A stretch of DNA of 64,000 nt from the NCBI GenBank assembly GCA_051313645.2, contig JBNRSN020000010.1, positions 10,850,001 to 10,914,000 of the forward strand, written 5' to 3'. The DNA is from Centroscyllium fabricii. Lineage: Eukaryota. The notes below the pieces were generated by a model that had not been told where the DNA came from, made no database searches, and saw nothing but the letters and a program-made list of their open reading frames with translations. Made by a program: the position numbers and the translations under genes. The stretch's first letter is position 1; every line of letters begins with the position of its first letter. Below are positions 35,310-47,778 of this stretch, piece after piece.

Positions 35310-36405
35310 TTGACCATTCCAAGACCCACACCGCAGCTTTCACCCCTACCCTCCCTCCCGGAACCACGATAGAATTCGCCTTGTTCTCCCACCAGCCTCA
35401 ACATTCAACGGATCATCCTCCGTCATTTCTGGCACATCCAGCGTGATCCCACCACAAAAAATCCTCCCCTCACCTCTCCTTTCAGCATTACGTAGGGAAT
35501 GCTCCCTCTACGATACAACGGACCAGTGCTCTATCACCCCAAACACTTCTTCTCCTTCACCCAGCCCTTTCCCGTCCAAGCACAGGAGATGCAACACATG
35601 CCCTTATTAATGGCCCCTTCCCACTGCCAAGTGCCCCACCACCATTTTCAGGTTAAACAGCGAATAACTTGTACTTCTTGCAATTAATATACTGCAATCT
35701 CTGCACACGATGCCGTCTCCTCTAATTTGGGGAATCAAATCGCAGATGGCTGACCACATTGCGGAACACTACCATTAACGGCGTAATGGGGAATCCGAGC
35801 TCACGGTCGCCTGTCACTTTGAATCAGTGCTCCACTCCCACTCAGACCTCACCGTCCTCAGCCGCTTGCATTGATGCACTGAAGCTCTGCGCAAGCTTGA
35901 TTAACAGTGCCTCGTCTTTCGAGTAGGCACTTTACAGCCATCTGGACACAACATAGAGTTAAATAATTTCAGATCATAGCCTCAGCCCCTATCATTTATA
36001 TATATATATATATATATTTCTGTGTCTTTTTCTCTTCTCTCTCACAGGCTGCTGGACTTCATTATGCCAGCATAATTTACACTTTCAACAGAGCGTTCCT
36101 GTGTATCTTAACCTGTCCAATTGTCAACCCCTTTTTTCCCTTGAATATCATTTAATCTCGCGGAAACGCTCCTGCCTTCTATCATATCAGATACATCTTT
36201 TTTTGTTCCTTCCTCCCCCTTTGCAAAACCCTACACTTGCTTAAACATGTGTTCACTTTCCTGATTTTTTCTGGTTCTGACGAAAAGTAATGAAACAGAA
36301 AGGTTAACTCTGTTTCTCTCTTTATAGTTGCTTCCTGGCCTGCTTAGTATCTCGAGCATTTTCAGTTTTCATTTCAGATTTCCAGTATCTGCAGTGTTTG
36401 ATTTT
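35310..36405 (+). mobile_element. Degenerate Penelope-like element: GIY-YIG endonuclease remnant plus a 3' pseudo-LTR with a decayed hammerhead (36274-36308)
   Basis: Remnant motifs 'RRCNTCP', 'FQVKQRITCTS.NL.YC..C.RC.LL..GE' and 'R.AEH'. Hammerhead-like GTT-CTGACGA…GAAAGGTT-AAC. Confidence 0.7.
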
Positions 36406-37054
36406 TGTCTCAAAAGAACTAAATTGGCTGTAAGTTTTTTCGTGATATCCTGAGCTGGTGAGAGGCGCTCTATCAATGCAAGGTTGTCATTGATAAGCTT
36501 ATAACAGAAAACTGCTCTCGGGTTGTGCAGGACAGATTAAGCAGTGAGCGTTTATTGATTGATGATGGGACTGAAGAGAGCGGGCATACTAAGCGCTGTG
36601 GAGCAGCAAACAAACAAAGAGAGTACTCCTCTACAACGGCCAACCAACATGACATTTCAGGCTCTAATGCTGCAGGATTGATGTGCTTCAGCCAGGACTG
36701 AGCCTGGGTATTGACCTTATTTCTGGTCACTCATGTACTTAGGAGCGGGATAGAGCGAGGCCGCCAGGCCGTGGTCCAGTATCAGAGAGCTGGATCACGA
36801 GGACAGGGCTGCGAAAATTCACGCTGTTAACCTTAATGGCAGTGCAGATCATACAAAATAGGAAATGACCAGCTGGCCCAGCAATCCTGTTCCCACTGGC
36901 TTGTACCTCCATGAGATCTCCTGGGAGCGATAAAATACTAGGAAATAAACAGGGCCAATAACGGGAGGAAATCCTTACCCATATGCTCAGCCCATCGAAT
37001 CCAGTCCAGTGGAAGATAGTGGCCATGTGCATGTTAATACTTAAAACATTTACA

Positions 37055-37282
37055 TTTAACAGAGGGCAGTTGAGGCCAGTTCATTAAATATATTTAAGAG
37101 GGAATTGGATACATTTCTTCAGGCTAAAGGGATTAAGGGTTTCGGAGAGAAGGCGGGGACAGGGTAGTGAACTTGAAAGATCAGCCAAAGATCAGCCATC
37201 ATCTCATTGAATGGCGGAGCAGGCTCGAAGGGCCGAATGGCCTACTCCTGCTCCTATCTTCATTGTTTCTATGTTTCTATGA
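37055..37282 (+). mobile_element. CR1 3' end fragment
   Basis: …FLQAKGIKGFGEKAGTG* followed by the GGCCGAATGGCC stem-loop tail. Confidence 0.85.
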
Positions 37283-37520
37283 GGCGATCTCTAGCCCATG
37301 CGACACCAGTCAAGCTCCCTGCTTAGTCAGCACACACCGCACAAACCGGCAACGCAATCCAAACCTGCACTGCCCTCTGCGAAAGCCGAGAATTCAGTCT
37401 ATTCCTACAATAGTGTAATTTAAATGCTTGTCCACTGGTCCTCTGCATCCTCTCAGACTGAAATGGCCATACAGGAGACATTCTACCAATGGCTGGCTTA
37501 CTTTATTTTATATCCCTCAG

Positions 37521-37558
37521 GTCGCCTCTAACACTGTGGACCTGTGAAGTCAGGCAAG
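37521..37558 (+). other. Candidate 5' UTR exon of the GTPase-like gene
   Basis: Acceptor ctttattttatatccctcAG and donor aag|GTAGGA. It places an in-frame TAA upstream of the ATG at 38484. Confidence 0.35.
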
Positions 37559-37654
37559 GTAGGAGGGGTGTAAATAATTATTAGCCGATGCAGGTTTAAG
37601 GGTGCACCGCGTTAAAGGACCCCACCTGGGACCCTGTATTAATGCTTCTTACAG

Positions 37655-37806
37655 GTGTTGATTGATCACTGAATTGATAGTCTGGGTCTGGTTGGGCGGA
37701 AGACTGTTGAACAGTTTAAGTAGCAGATAGAGGAGATGATGGGTTTGTGGGTCCCACTGGATTGATCTGATCGATGAACCGAATGCGATGCCTCCCCAGC
37801 ACTTAA
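37655..37806 (+). other. Second candidate 5' UTR exon
   Basis: Acceptor gcttcttacAG and donor taa|GTGAGT. All frames contain stops. Confidence 0.3.
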
Positions 37807-38483
37807 GTGAGTGAACCAGGCTTCGCCAGCGTTGTGATCGCTCAAGGAAGAGGTTGAACCTTAACGAGATGAGCGGTAGTTAATTGCACTCAGCGGTTAA
37901 CAAGGGGCTTGAATATAGTTAGTTAATAAATAAGGCAGCGCCTCTAACAATTAGCCATATTTTTTTATAATAGTTTTATCTTAACAAGTTGTTGTTTTGG
38001 ACAGAGGAATTAGCTGCATTCATAGATTAATAATATGCCAGTTATAGTTACTTTGAGAATGTTCCTGGATTTTAATTTTGCTATTTCAATAGATACCGAG
38101 AGTTTAAACAGGTCTTCAAATGTAATAAGTTATTTAATTATGCATGGCAACGAGGGGTGAATACATGTTTGGTTAAAACTAACTGTAAGCTGAACATTGA
38201 GACTTAACAACAGGGTCCGATTTAACTATTTCACTTAAACAAAATACTAAGGGTGTTGACCCTAGCCAGTTGCTGGACTGGTGTGGGTGGCGATTTACAG
38301 CTCCTGTTGGACAGGGGCCCAGAGAGATTAAACAGATGGTGCGAGCAGATTCGCACACACGGACTGTCAATCAAACATGGACTTACAATTCCTGCTGCTT
38401 TACATCACGGGCCAGTATTATGATCTGGTCAGCTGTGAGCTTGCTTGTCCCAGGCCAGACTGAAGGAGCTCCCAGCACGGTCA

Positions 38484-38598
38484 ATGTCAGGAAGGCTGAG
38501 GCTCCGATACGCTTCAAACCCCATGGCGAGTTTGAGCTTCTCCATTAATGAGCAGATCCTCAGGGAATGTAATTTGTTGTACACGGACTCAAATCACG
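38484..38598 (+). CDS. Dynamin/EHD-like P-loop NTPase, first coding exon (MSGRLR…NEQILRECNLLYTDSNH)
   Basis: Acceptor cccAG at 38453 and donor G|GTAAGA. Phase 1 joins exon 2 to give GGC (Gly). The start could instead be the second ATG (MASLS…). Confidence 0.75.
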
Positions 38599-39057
38599 GT
38601 AAGAAACTGGGGACAACCGGTTTGGGGAGCGCACTGAGATACAATTTGAACACATACTTACAACACACGGCCCAGTCTCTCACTCGCGAGTGTGAAAGGC
38701 AGCAACTGAGAGCTTTATTTCGGTATTTCTGAGTCACTCGACTCTCGGGTTTCACTCTGCCTGATTTGGCACCAATTCAATTCTCTGATGTTGCTTTAGC
38801 AGAAATGTGCCAGAACTCGCTCTCAGAGCTGCGTTTGTGTAAGACATTTTCTGACAAGAATATTAAATTATCTCTCAAATGCATCAAACAGATGCATCTG
38901 TGAAGTCAAAATATAAATTTGAGATTTACTCCAGATTTAAATATTCTTGTTGCTTACAATGCCTTGGCTCCGTCTGGTATGGCACCGGCAGGGCAGAAGA
39001 AGCTGGAAGGAACCGAGTGCGATTCATAGAGAGAGGGATTAGGAGTGACGTTAACCG

Positions 39058-42000
39058 AGTGACTGAATGGGAGTGAGGTTTACAGAGTGAGGGAATGGGA
39101 GTGAGGTTCACAGAGTGAGGGAATGGGAGTGAGGTTCACAGAGTGAGGGACAGGGAGTGAGGTTCACAGAGTGAGGGACAGGGAGTGAGGTTCACAGAGT
39201 GAGGGAATGGGAGTGAGTTTCACAGAGTAAGGGACAGGGAGTGAGGTTCACAGAGTGAGGGAATGCGAGTGAGGTTCACAGAGTTAGGGACAGGGAGTGA
39301 GGTTCACAGAGTGAGGGAAAGGCAGTGAGGTTTACAGGGTGAGGGAAAGGGAGTGAGGTTTACAGAGTGAGGGAATGGGAGTGAGGTTCACAGAATGAGG
39401 GACAGGGAGTGCGGTTTACAGAGTGAGGGAAAGGGAGTGAGGTTTACAGAGTGAGGGACAGGGAGTGAGGTTCACAGAGTGAGGGAAAGGGAGTGAGGTT
39501 CACAGAGTGAGGGAAAGGGAGTGAGGTTTACAGAGTGAGGGAAAGGAAGTTAGGTTTACCGAGTGAGGGAACGGGATTGAGGTTCACAGAGTGAGGGAAA
39601 GGGAGTGAGGTGTACAGGGTGAGGGAAAGGGAGTGAGGTTTACAGAGTGAGGGAATGGGAGTGAGGTTCACAGAGTGATGGAATGGGATTGAGGTTCACA
39701 GAGTGAGGGACAGGGAGTGAGGTTCGCAGTGTGAGGGACAGTGAGTGAGGTTTACAGAGTGAGGGAATGGGAGTGAGGTTCACAGAGTGAGGGATAGGGA
39801 GTGAGGTTCACAGAGTGAGGGAAAGGGAGTGAGATTTACAGAGTGAGGAAAAGGGAGTGAGGTTTACAGTGTGAGGGAAAGGGAGTGAGGTTCACAGAGT
39901 GAGGGAAAGGGAGTGCGGTTTACAGAGTGAGGGAAAGTGAGTGAGGTTTACAGAGTGAGGGAAAGGGAGTGAGGTTTACAGAGTGAGGGGGTGGGACTGG
40001 GTTTTGCAGAGTGAGGGAAAGGGAGTGAGGTTCACAGAGTGAGGGAAAGGGAGTGAGGTTCACAGAGTGAGGGGTGGGAGTGAGGTATACAGAGTGAGGG
40101 AATGGGAGTGAGATTTACAGAGTGAGGGAAATGGAGTGAGGTTCACAGAGTGAGGGAGAGGGAGTAAGGTTCACAGAGTGAGGGGTGGGAGTGAGGTATA
40201 CAGAGTGAGGGAATGGGAGTGAGGTTCACACAGTGAGGGAAAGGGAGTGAGGTTTACCGAGTGAGAGAACGGGATTGAGGTTCACAGAGCGAGGGAATGG
40301 GAGTGAGATTCACAGAGTGAGGGAAAGTGAGTCGAGTTTACCGAGTGAGGGGAATGGAGTGAGGTTCACAGAGTGAGGGAAACAGAGTGAGGGAAACAGA
40401 GTGAAGGAAATGGAGTGAGGTTTACAGAGTGAAGGAAAGGGAGTGAGATTCACGGAGAGAGGGAAAGGGAGTGAGATTCACAGAGAGAGGGAATGGGAGT
40501 TATGTTCATAGAGTGAGGGAAAGGGAGTGAGGTTTGCAGAGTGTGGTAAATGGAGTGAGGTTCAAAGAGTGAGGGAAAGGGAGAGAGTTTTATAGAGTGA
40601 GGGAAAGGGAGTGAGGTTTACCGAGTGAGGGGAAGGGAGTGAGGTTTACCGAGTGAGGGGAAGGGAGTGAGGTTTACCGAGAGAGGGAATGGGAGCGAGG
40701 TTTACAGACTGAGACTGTGCGCGTGAGGTTTACATAGTGAGTGAAAGGGAGTGCAGTTTACAGAGTGAGTGAAAGGGACAGTTAGGTTCACAGAGTGAGG
40801 GAATGGGTGTGAGGTTTACCGAGTGAGGGAAAGTGAGTGTGGTTTACAGCGTGAGGGAAAGGGAGTGAGGTTTACAGAGTGAGGGAAAGGGAGTGAGGTT
40901 TATAGAGTGAGGGGCGGGAGTGAGGTTTACCGAGTGAGGGAAAGGGAGTGACGTTTACCGAGTGAGGGAAAGGGAGTGAGATTCACAGAGAGAGGGAAAG
41001 GGAATGAGGTTTATAGATTGAGGGGTGGGAGTGAGGTTTACCGATTGAGGGAAAGGGAGTGAGGTTTCCCGAGTGAGGGAAAGGGAGTGAGGTTTATAGA
41101 GTGAGGGAAAGTGTGTGAAGTTTATAGAGTGAGGGAAAGGGAGTGAGGTTCACAGAGTGAGGGGAAGGGACTGAGGTTTATAGAGTGAGGGAAAGGGAGT
41201 GAGTTTCACAGAGTGAGGGAAAGGGAGTGAGTTTCACAGAGTGAGGGAAAGGGAGTGAGGTTTACCGAGTGAGGGAAAGGGAGTGAGGTTCACAGAGTGA
41301 GGTAAAGGGAGTGAGATTCACAGAGTTAGGGATGGGGAGTGAGGTGTATAGAGTGAGGGAAAGGGAGTGAGTTTCACAGAGTGAGGGAAAGGGAGTGAGG
41401 TTCACAGAGTGAGGGAAAGGGAGTGAGGTTCACAGACTAAGGGAAAGGGTGTGAGGTTTACAGAGTGATGGAAAGGGAGTGAGGTTCACAGAGAGAGGGA
41501 AAGTGAGTGAGGTTTACAGAGTGAGGGAAAGGGAGTGAGGTTCACAGAGAGAGGGAAAGAGAGTGAGGTTTGCCGAGTGAGGGAAAGGGAGTGAGGTTTA
41601 TAGAGTGAGTGGTGGGAGTGAGGTTTACCGAGTGAGGGAAAGGGAGTGAGGTTTATAGTGTGAGGGGTGGGCGTGAGGTTTACCGAGTGAGGGAAAGGGA
41701 GTCAGGTTCAGAGAGTGAGGGAAAGGGAGTGAGGTTTACCGAGTGAGGGAAGTGGAGTGAGGTTCACAGAGTGAGGGAAAGGGAGTGAAGTTTACAGCGT
41801 GAGGGAAAGGGAGTGAGGTTTATAGAGTGAGGGAATGGGAGTGAGGTTCAGAGAGTGAGGGAAAGGGAGTGAGGTTCCGAGAGTGAGGGAAAGGGAGTGA
41901 GGTTAATAGAGTGAGGGAAGGGGTGTGAGGTTCAGAGAGTGAGGGAAAGGGAGTGAGGTTCAGAGAGTGAGGGAAAGGGGGTGAGGTTTACCGAGTGAGG

Positions 42001-42360
42001 GAAAGGGAGTCAGGTTCACGGAGTGAGGGCGTGGGAGTGAGGTTTACAGAGTGAGAGAATGGGAGTGAGGTTTACAGAGTGAGGGAAAGGGACTGAGGTT
42101 TACAGAGAGTGGGAAAGGGAGTGAGGTTTCCCTAATGAGGGAATAGGAGTGAGAATTACAGATTGAAAGATTGGGAGTGAGATAAAAGAAAGAGGGAAAG
42201 AAGTTGATAATTACAGATTGGGCGAATGGGAGAGGAAGGTTTAAAGAGTGGGGCAATGGGTGTGAGGTTTAAAGAGAAATGGAATGGGAGTGAGGTTTAT
42301 ATAGTATGTGAAATGGTGTGAGATTTAAAAAGAGAGGGAATGGGGGTGCGACTTACAGAG
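39058..42360 (+). repeat. G-rich 28-bp minisatellite (GAGTGAGGGAAAGG-GAGTGAGGTTTACA; two related 14-mers), roughly 115 units, intronic
   Basis: Read directly. It decays toward the 3' end and continues in degenerate form at 48402-49200. Confidence 0.97.
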
Positions 42361-42983
42361 TGAACATGGAAACATAGACACATAAATGATAGGAGCAGGA
42401 GTAGGCCATTCGGCCCCTCAGGTCTGCTCCGCCAATCGATGAGATTGTGCCTGATCATCCAATTTCAGTACCCTGTCCCAGCCGTCTCCCCATATCCCTT
42501 GATATCTTTATCCTTAACAAATACATCTAACTCTTTCTGGAATATATTTAAAGTCTTGCCTCAATTAACTTCTGTGGTAGAGAATTTCACAGCTTCTGCA
42601 GTCTCTGTGTGAAGACACTTTCCCCCCGTCTCTGTCCTAAATGTATTACCCCTTATCCTTAGTCTATGTCCCCTGGTTCTGGACTCCCCGCCATCGGGAA
42701 CGTTCTTCCTGCATCTAGTTTTCTAGACCCATCACAATTTAATAAGTTTCGATGAGCTCCCCTCTCGCTCTTCTAAACTCCAGCGAGCATAAGCACAATC
42801 GACACAATCTCTCCTCATACGTCATTCTTTTCATCCACGGTATCAGTCTGGTGAATCTTCGCAGGACACCTTCCATAGCAAGAAGATCGTTCCTCAGATG
42901 AGTTGACCAAAACTGCACACAGTTCTCAAGGTGTGGTTTCACCAAGGCCATGTACAACTGCAGCAGTCCATCTTTGTTCCTGC

Positions 42984-45900
42984 TGTAGAGGCATGCAGGG
43001 CCGAAGAAGCACACTGGACACAGAGGATTCAGAAAATTATCATTTAATGTTATTACAGCTAGGGCCAGGTGGAAAAGAGAGTGAGCCACCTGGAGCCCAG
43101 GTATTTAAAGGTCCCGCGGCAGGTGACGTCACTGCCGGGTATCCACCTGGCGACGTCATCACGCCGGAAGTCGCAGTGACGTCAGCACGCCGTCCGGCGG
43201 GCGGGGCCGTCTTGCAGTGCTCCCGAGGCGGATTCGATGTTGTTGGTGGGCGTGGCGCCACACAGCTCCCCCCCAGAATCCGCGAGGGAGAGCGGGGCTG
43301 GATCTAGAGGAGAAGGAGACATAAAGGAGAGCAAGCACACATTTTCGATTAACACATAGAATGTCCGGCAGTTTGCCGAGGTGGCCTGATGTTGTGGCCC
43401 GCATGTGCCGTGCGCTGTTCTGTGTTCCGAAAAGTGATGTTGCGGCGGCTGATGGTGTAGCCTGCACGTGTCTTCTCAGGCGAGGCGCTGAGGTGGCCTG
43501 ATGATGCGGCCAGCATGTGACGTGCGCTGCTCCCTGTTCTGCGTAGGAGTGTGGGCGGGGTTTGGTGCGGTAGGGCATCCGCACTTTGGTGGCTGAGCGG
43601 TGACTGTTGTCTTGCCCGCCATTACGTGTGCTGGTTTGAGCCAGTCAATGGAGACGGTCTCGGCTCTGTTGCCCATTTTAATTTCAAAAGTTTTGGGTCC
43701 CGTTAGAAGCACTCTGAATGGTCCGTCGTATCGTGGTTGTAGTGGTGTTCGATGTGGGTCGTGGCGGACAAACACATACTTGGCATTTTGGATGCCGTCT
43801 GGGACCCGTGCTGCCGGCTGTCCGTGCCGGGCCACCGGGAGTGGTTTGAATGCGGCTGCCTGATTATTAAAGTCTCTGAGGCAGCGCTCGGCTGACCAGG
43901 GTTCGTTGGTTTCTGCCACGAACTCGCCCGGTACCGTTAGTGGTTGGCCATAGACCAGTTCAGCTGCTGAGGCGTGCAGGTCTTCCTTGGCCGCTGAGCG
44001 CAGGCCGAGCATTACCCAGGGCAGGCATCAGTCCAGGTTGCGTCTTGGAGGCTGGCCCGCAAGGAAGCTTTGAATGATCGGTGGAACCATTCGCAGAGGC
44101 CATTGGCCTGTGGGTGGTAGGCGGTGGTTCGGTGCAGTGTTACCCTGAGGTCGTGGGCGATGGTTGCCCATAGGGTTGAGGTAAATTGGGGGCCCCTGTC
44201 TGAGGTGATGTCGGTGGGGACGCCAAAACGGGCGACCCAGGTGGCAATGAAGGCCCTGCCGAGGTCGGCGGTGGTGGTAGCTGTGAGGGGGACTGCCACT
44301 GGCCAGCGGGTGCTGCGGTCGACCATAGTTAAAATGTGTGAATGTCCACGTGATGGTGGTAGTGGTCCGACGAGTTCGACGTGTACGTGGCTGAAGCGTC
44401 TGGCTGGGACGGCGATGGTTTCGAGCGGTGCCTTGATGTGGTTGTGCACCTTGGCGCACTGGCAGGCATTGCAGGAGTTGGTCCAGGCGCGGACGTCTTT
44501 GCGTAGGCCGCGCCAAACAAATCACGCAGAAATGAGTTTGGTGGATGCGCGGACACCGGGGTGGGACAGACCATCGAGGGTCTGGAAGATGTGGCGCCTC
44601 CATGTGTGGGGGACGACGGGTCTGGGTTGGGGGAGGGTAACGTCGCAGCGGACCTCTGTGGCTGTGGGCCCGTGTGCTACGGTGGCCAGGAGCAGGCCGG
44701 GGAGGTTGGTGGCAGGGTCGAGCAGATCGGGGTCGGTTATTTGGTCGGCCGCCATTTTAGAATAGTCGACAGCCATTTGGACGGAGTTGATGGTTGGGCG
44801 TGAGAGGCAGTGTGCGCAGGCGTTGTCGGTGGTGGGTCGTGGGTGGCAGTCGGCGACCACGTTGTCGATGGAGGGGCGTGGGGTGTGGTCGGGGGCCGGT
44901 TTGCCGATGGTGGGGCGTGAGAGGCAGTCAGCGACCATGTTGTCGCGGCCGGCGATGTGCTGGATGTCGGTCGTGAATTCTGACATGGCCGCGAGCTGGC
45001 GATGCTGCCTGGCCGACCAGGGTTCAGAGATCTTAGCCATTGCAGACACAAGTGGCTTGTGATCCACGAAGGCTGTAAAGTGGCGGCCCTCTAGGAGGAA
45101 GCAGAAGTGGCGCACCGCGAGGTAGAGAGCGAGTTGCTCCCTATCGAAGGTGCTGTACTTGACCTCCGGGGGCCGGAGTTGTCGGCAGAAAAAGGCCAGG
45201 GTTTGCCAGCAGTCGCATGTCCACTGCTCAAAGACTGCTCCGACAGCGCGGTCGGAGGCGTCGGTGGTGAGGGCTACTCTGGCATTGAGCCTAGGGTGGC
45301 TGAGGAGAGTGGCATTGGCCAGGGCTGTTTTGGTTGCGGTAAAGGCGGTGGAGGCTTCGGCCGTCCACTCGACCGCAGCCTTGTTGGACTGCCCGCGGGT
45401 GGCGTGGTAGAGTGGGCCATGAGAGCGGCTGCTCCGGGGATGAAACGGTTGTAAAGGTTAACCATCCCAAGGAATTCCTGCAGCCCCTTGATGGAGTGCG
45501 GGCGAGGGAATTCCTGGACCGCCTGCACCTTGGAGGGCAGGGGTATGGCCCCGGTCTGGGAGATGTGGTGGCCGAGGAAGTCGATAGCCTCGAGGACGAA
45601 TCGACATTTTGAGGGGCTTAATATGAGGCCGTTTTCGGCCAGGCGGATGAAAAGGGCCCTGAGATGGAGGAGGTGTTCCTGGGGGGAGGTGCTGGCCACG
45701 TGGATGTCGTCTAGATAGACGAACGTGAACTGCAAGTCCCGTAGGACTGAGTCCATGAGGCGTTGGAAGGCCTGGGCCGCGTTTTTGAGTCCGAAGGGCA
45801 TCCGGAGAAATTCAAAAAGGCCGAATGGGGTGATGACGGCTGTCTTAGGGACGTCCGCCGGGTGCACCGGTACCTGGTGGTAGCCCCGTACCAGGTCGAT

Positions 45901-47778
45901 CTTTGAAAAGACCGTGCAGCCGGCTAACCTTGCAGAAAAATCCTGGATGTGGTGCACGGGGTACCTGTCTGGGGTGGTGGCGTTGTTAAGGCGGCGGTAG
46001 TCCCCGCAGGGGCGCCAGCCGCCGTCGGGTTTGGGGGCAATGTGGAGGGGAGATGCCCAGGGGCTGCTGGAGCGGCGGATTATGCCGAGTTGCTCCATGA
46101 TGTGGAACTCGGCGTGCGCAATCTCCAGCTTGGCCGGGTCCAGCCTGCGTGCGTGGGCATGGACTGGGGGGCCTGTGGTGGTGATGTGATGCTCCACCCC
46201 GTGCTTGGCCGTGCGGGCTGTGAAGGTGGGGTTGGTTAGGGCTGGGAACTCCATGAGCAGCGTGGCTTACGTGTCGGAGTTCCGGGCTCGGCAGTGTGCC
46301 GCTGCCTGGGTCTGGTTTGCCGGCCTTGTGGAGCATGGGATGGTCGACATGTTGTAGATGTCGACCAGGCGGCGTCGGGTAACGTCGACCAGGAGGCCGT
46401 GGGCGCACAGAAAGTTGGCCCCGAGTAGGGGTGTTTTAACTTGTGCAGTGATAAAGTCCCACATGTATGTGTGGCCTGCCAGCTTGATGATAAGCTGGCG
46501 GGTGGCGAACGTAAGTATCTTGGAGCCGTTTGCGGCTTCATGTGGTGGGCCTTTGGTGCCTTGCTTGGCTTCTGCGGGGGAGGCTGGCATGATGCTGTGC
46601 TGCACGCCTGTGTCGCAGAGGAAGCGGAGGCCTGAGACACTGTCTATGATGAAGAGCAGTGCTCCGGAGCGGCCTACGGATATGCTGGGGCCTGGGCTTG
46701 CTTGGGGTTTGAAGGTGCAGGGCTGGACGCAGCGCTGCGCTTTGGCTTCAAATCTGGTGTGGTAGTAGCACCAGCCTGGGCCCATAGTGCGCGGTTTTTT
46801 GTGGGTCTGCACAGCTCTGGCTTGGGGCCTGGGTTGCGTGTAGTGCTGCTCCGGTGGGGCGGCAGTGTTACAGTGCATGGTGGCGCGGGTGCGCTCGGCC
46901 TTAATCAGCTTGTCTGCCTGCTGAGCCACTTGCTTGGTTGAGAGGTGCTCCAGGAGCGTCAGAGCCGGTCTGACGGAGTGGGGCAGTTTATGGAGGTACA
47001 AGGTGCGCTTGAGAGTGGCCGGGTCGCAGTTAAGCGCTTGGAATTGGGCCCACAAGTCGGTGGGGTCTGCGTCCCCCAGGTCGGGGAGGTTAATGACCTG
47101 GCAATCATGCTCAAAAACGGTGGGGGTAAATTTTTGGAGCAGCGCAGCCTTTAGCGTTTCATACCTGCCAGCAGTATGTTCTTGCTCGATGGAGTCCCAC
47201 ATTCTGTCGATGGTGGGCTGCGCAAGGGCTGCGAAGAGCAGGCTGTAGCGATCGTCCCCCTGCACACCATAGATGCGGAAGGTGTTCTCAGTTTTGAGGA
47301 ACCAGGCCGCTGGACGGAGTTCCCAGAACTCGGGTAGAGTTGGGATTTGGCTGCAGTGTTGGCCCCGTCTGTGGTGGCGTGCTGTATCGATCCCTGCTGT
47401 CATGGTGGTAGCTATTCCACTGAGGCAGCTTGGCCCTCAGTCCTGCAGCGACTGCTTTATTGTTCCCTTGGGAATCGTCCCAAGTATCGAGGTCACCACT
47501 GTAGAGGCATGCAGGGCCGAAGAACCACAGTGGACACAGAGGATTCGGAAAATTATCATTTAATGTTATTACAGCTAGGGCCAGGTGGAAAAAAGAGTGA
47601 GCCACCTGGAGCTCAGGTATTTAAATGTCCCGCGGCAGGTGACGTCACTGCCGGGTATCCACCGGGCGACGTCATCACGCCGGAAGTCGCGGTGACGTCA
47701 GCACGCCGCCCGGCGGGCGGGGCCGTCTTGCAGCGCTCCCGAGGCTGATTCGATGTTGTTGGTGGGCGTGTCGCCACA
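42984..47778 (-). mobile_element. Gypsy LTR retrotransposon 2, CsRn1-type, a distinct subfamily; full length but defective
   Basis: 279-bp TG…CA LTRs at 42984-43262 and 47500-47778 with ~12 differences by hand count. TSD CTGC/CTGT. tRNA-Trp-like PBS TGGTGACCTCGA. PPT present. Gag has Cx2Hx9Cx3C. Confidence 0.93.
43476..47403 (-). pseudogene. Disrupted gag-pol of Gypsy element 2
   Basis: Gag LPEFW and CYYH…C…PC, protease CDTG, RT YLDD, RNase H, and integrase TSDRG plus GPF. In-frame stops and frameshifts. Confidence 0.9.

Noticed and set aside
39058-42360. Telomeric repeat or immunoglobulin switch region
   Set aside because: The unit is not TTAGGG, AGCT/GAGCT motifs are scarce, and no Ig exons or RSS were seen nearby.
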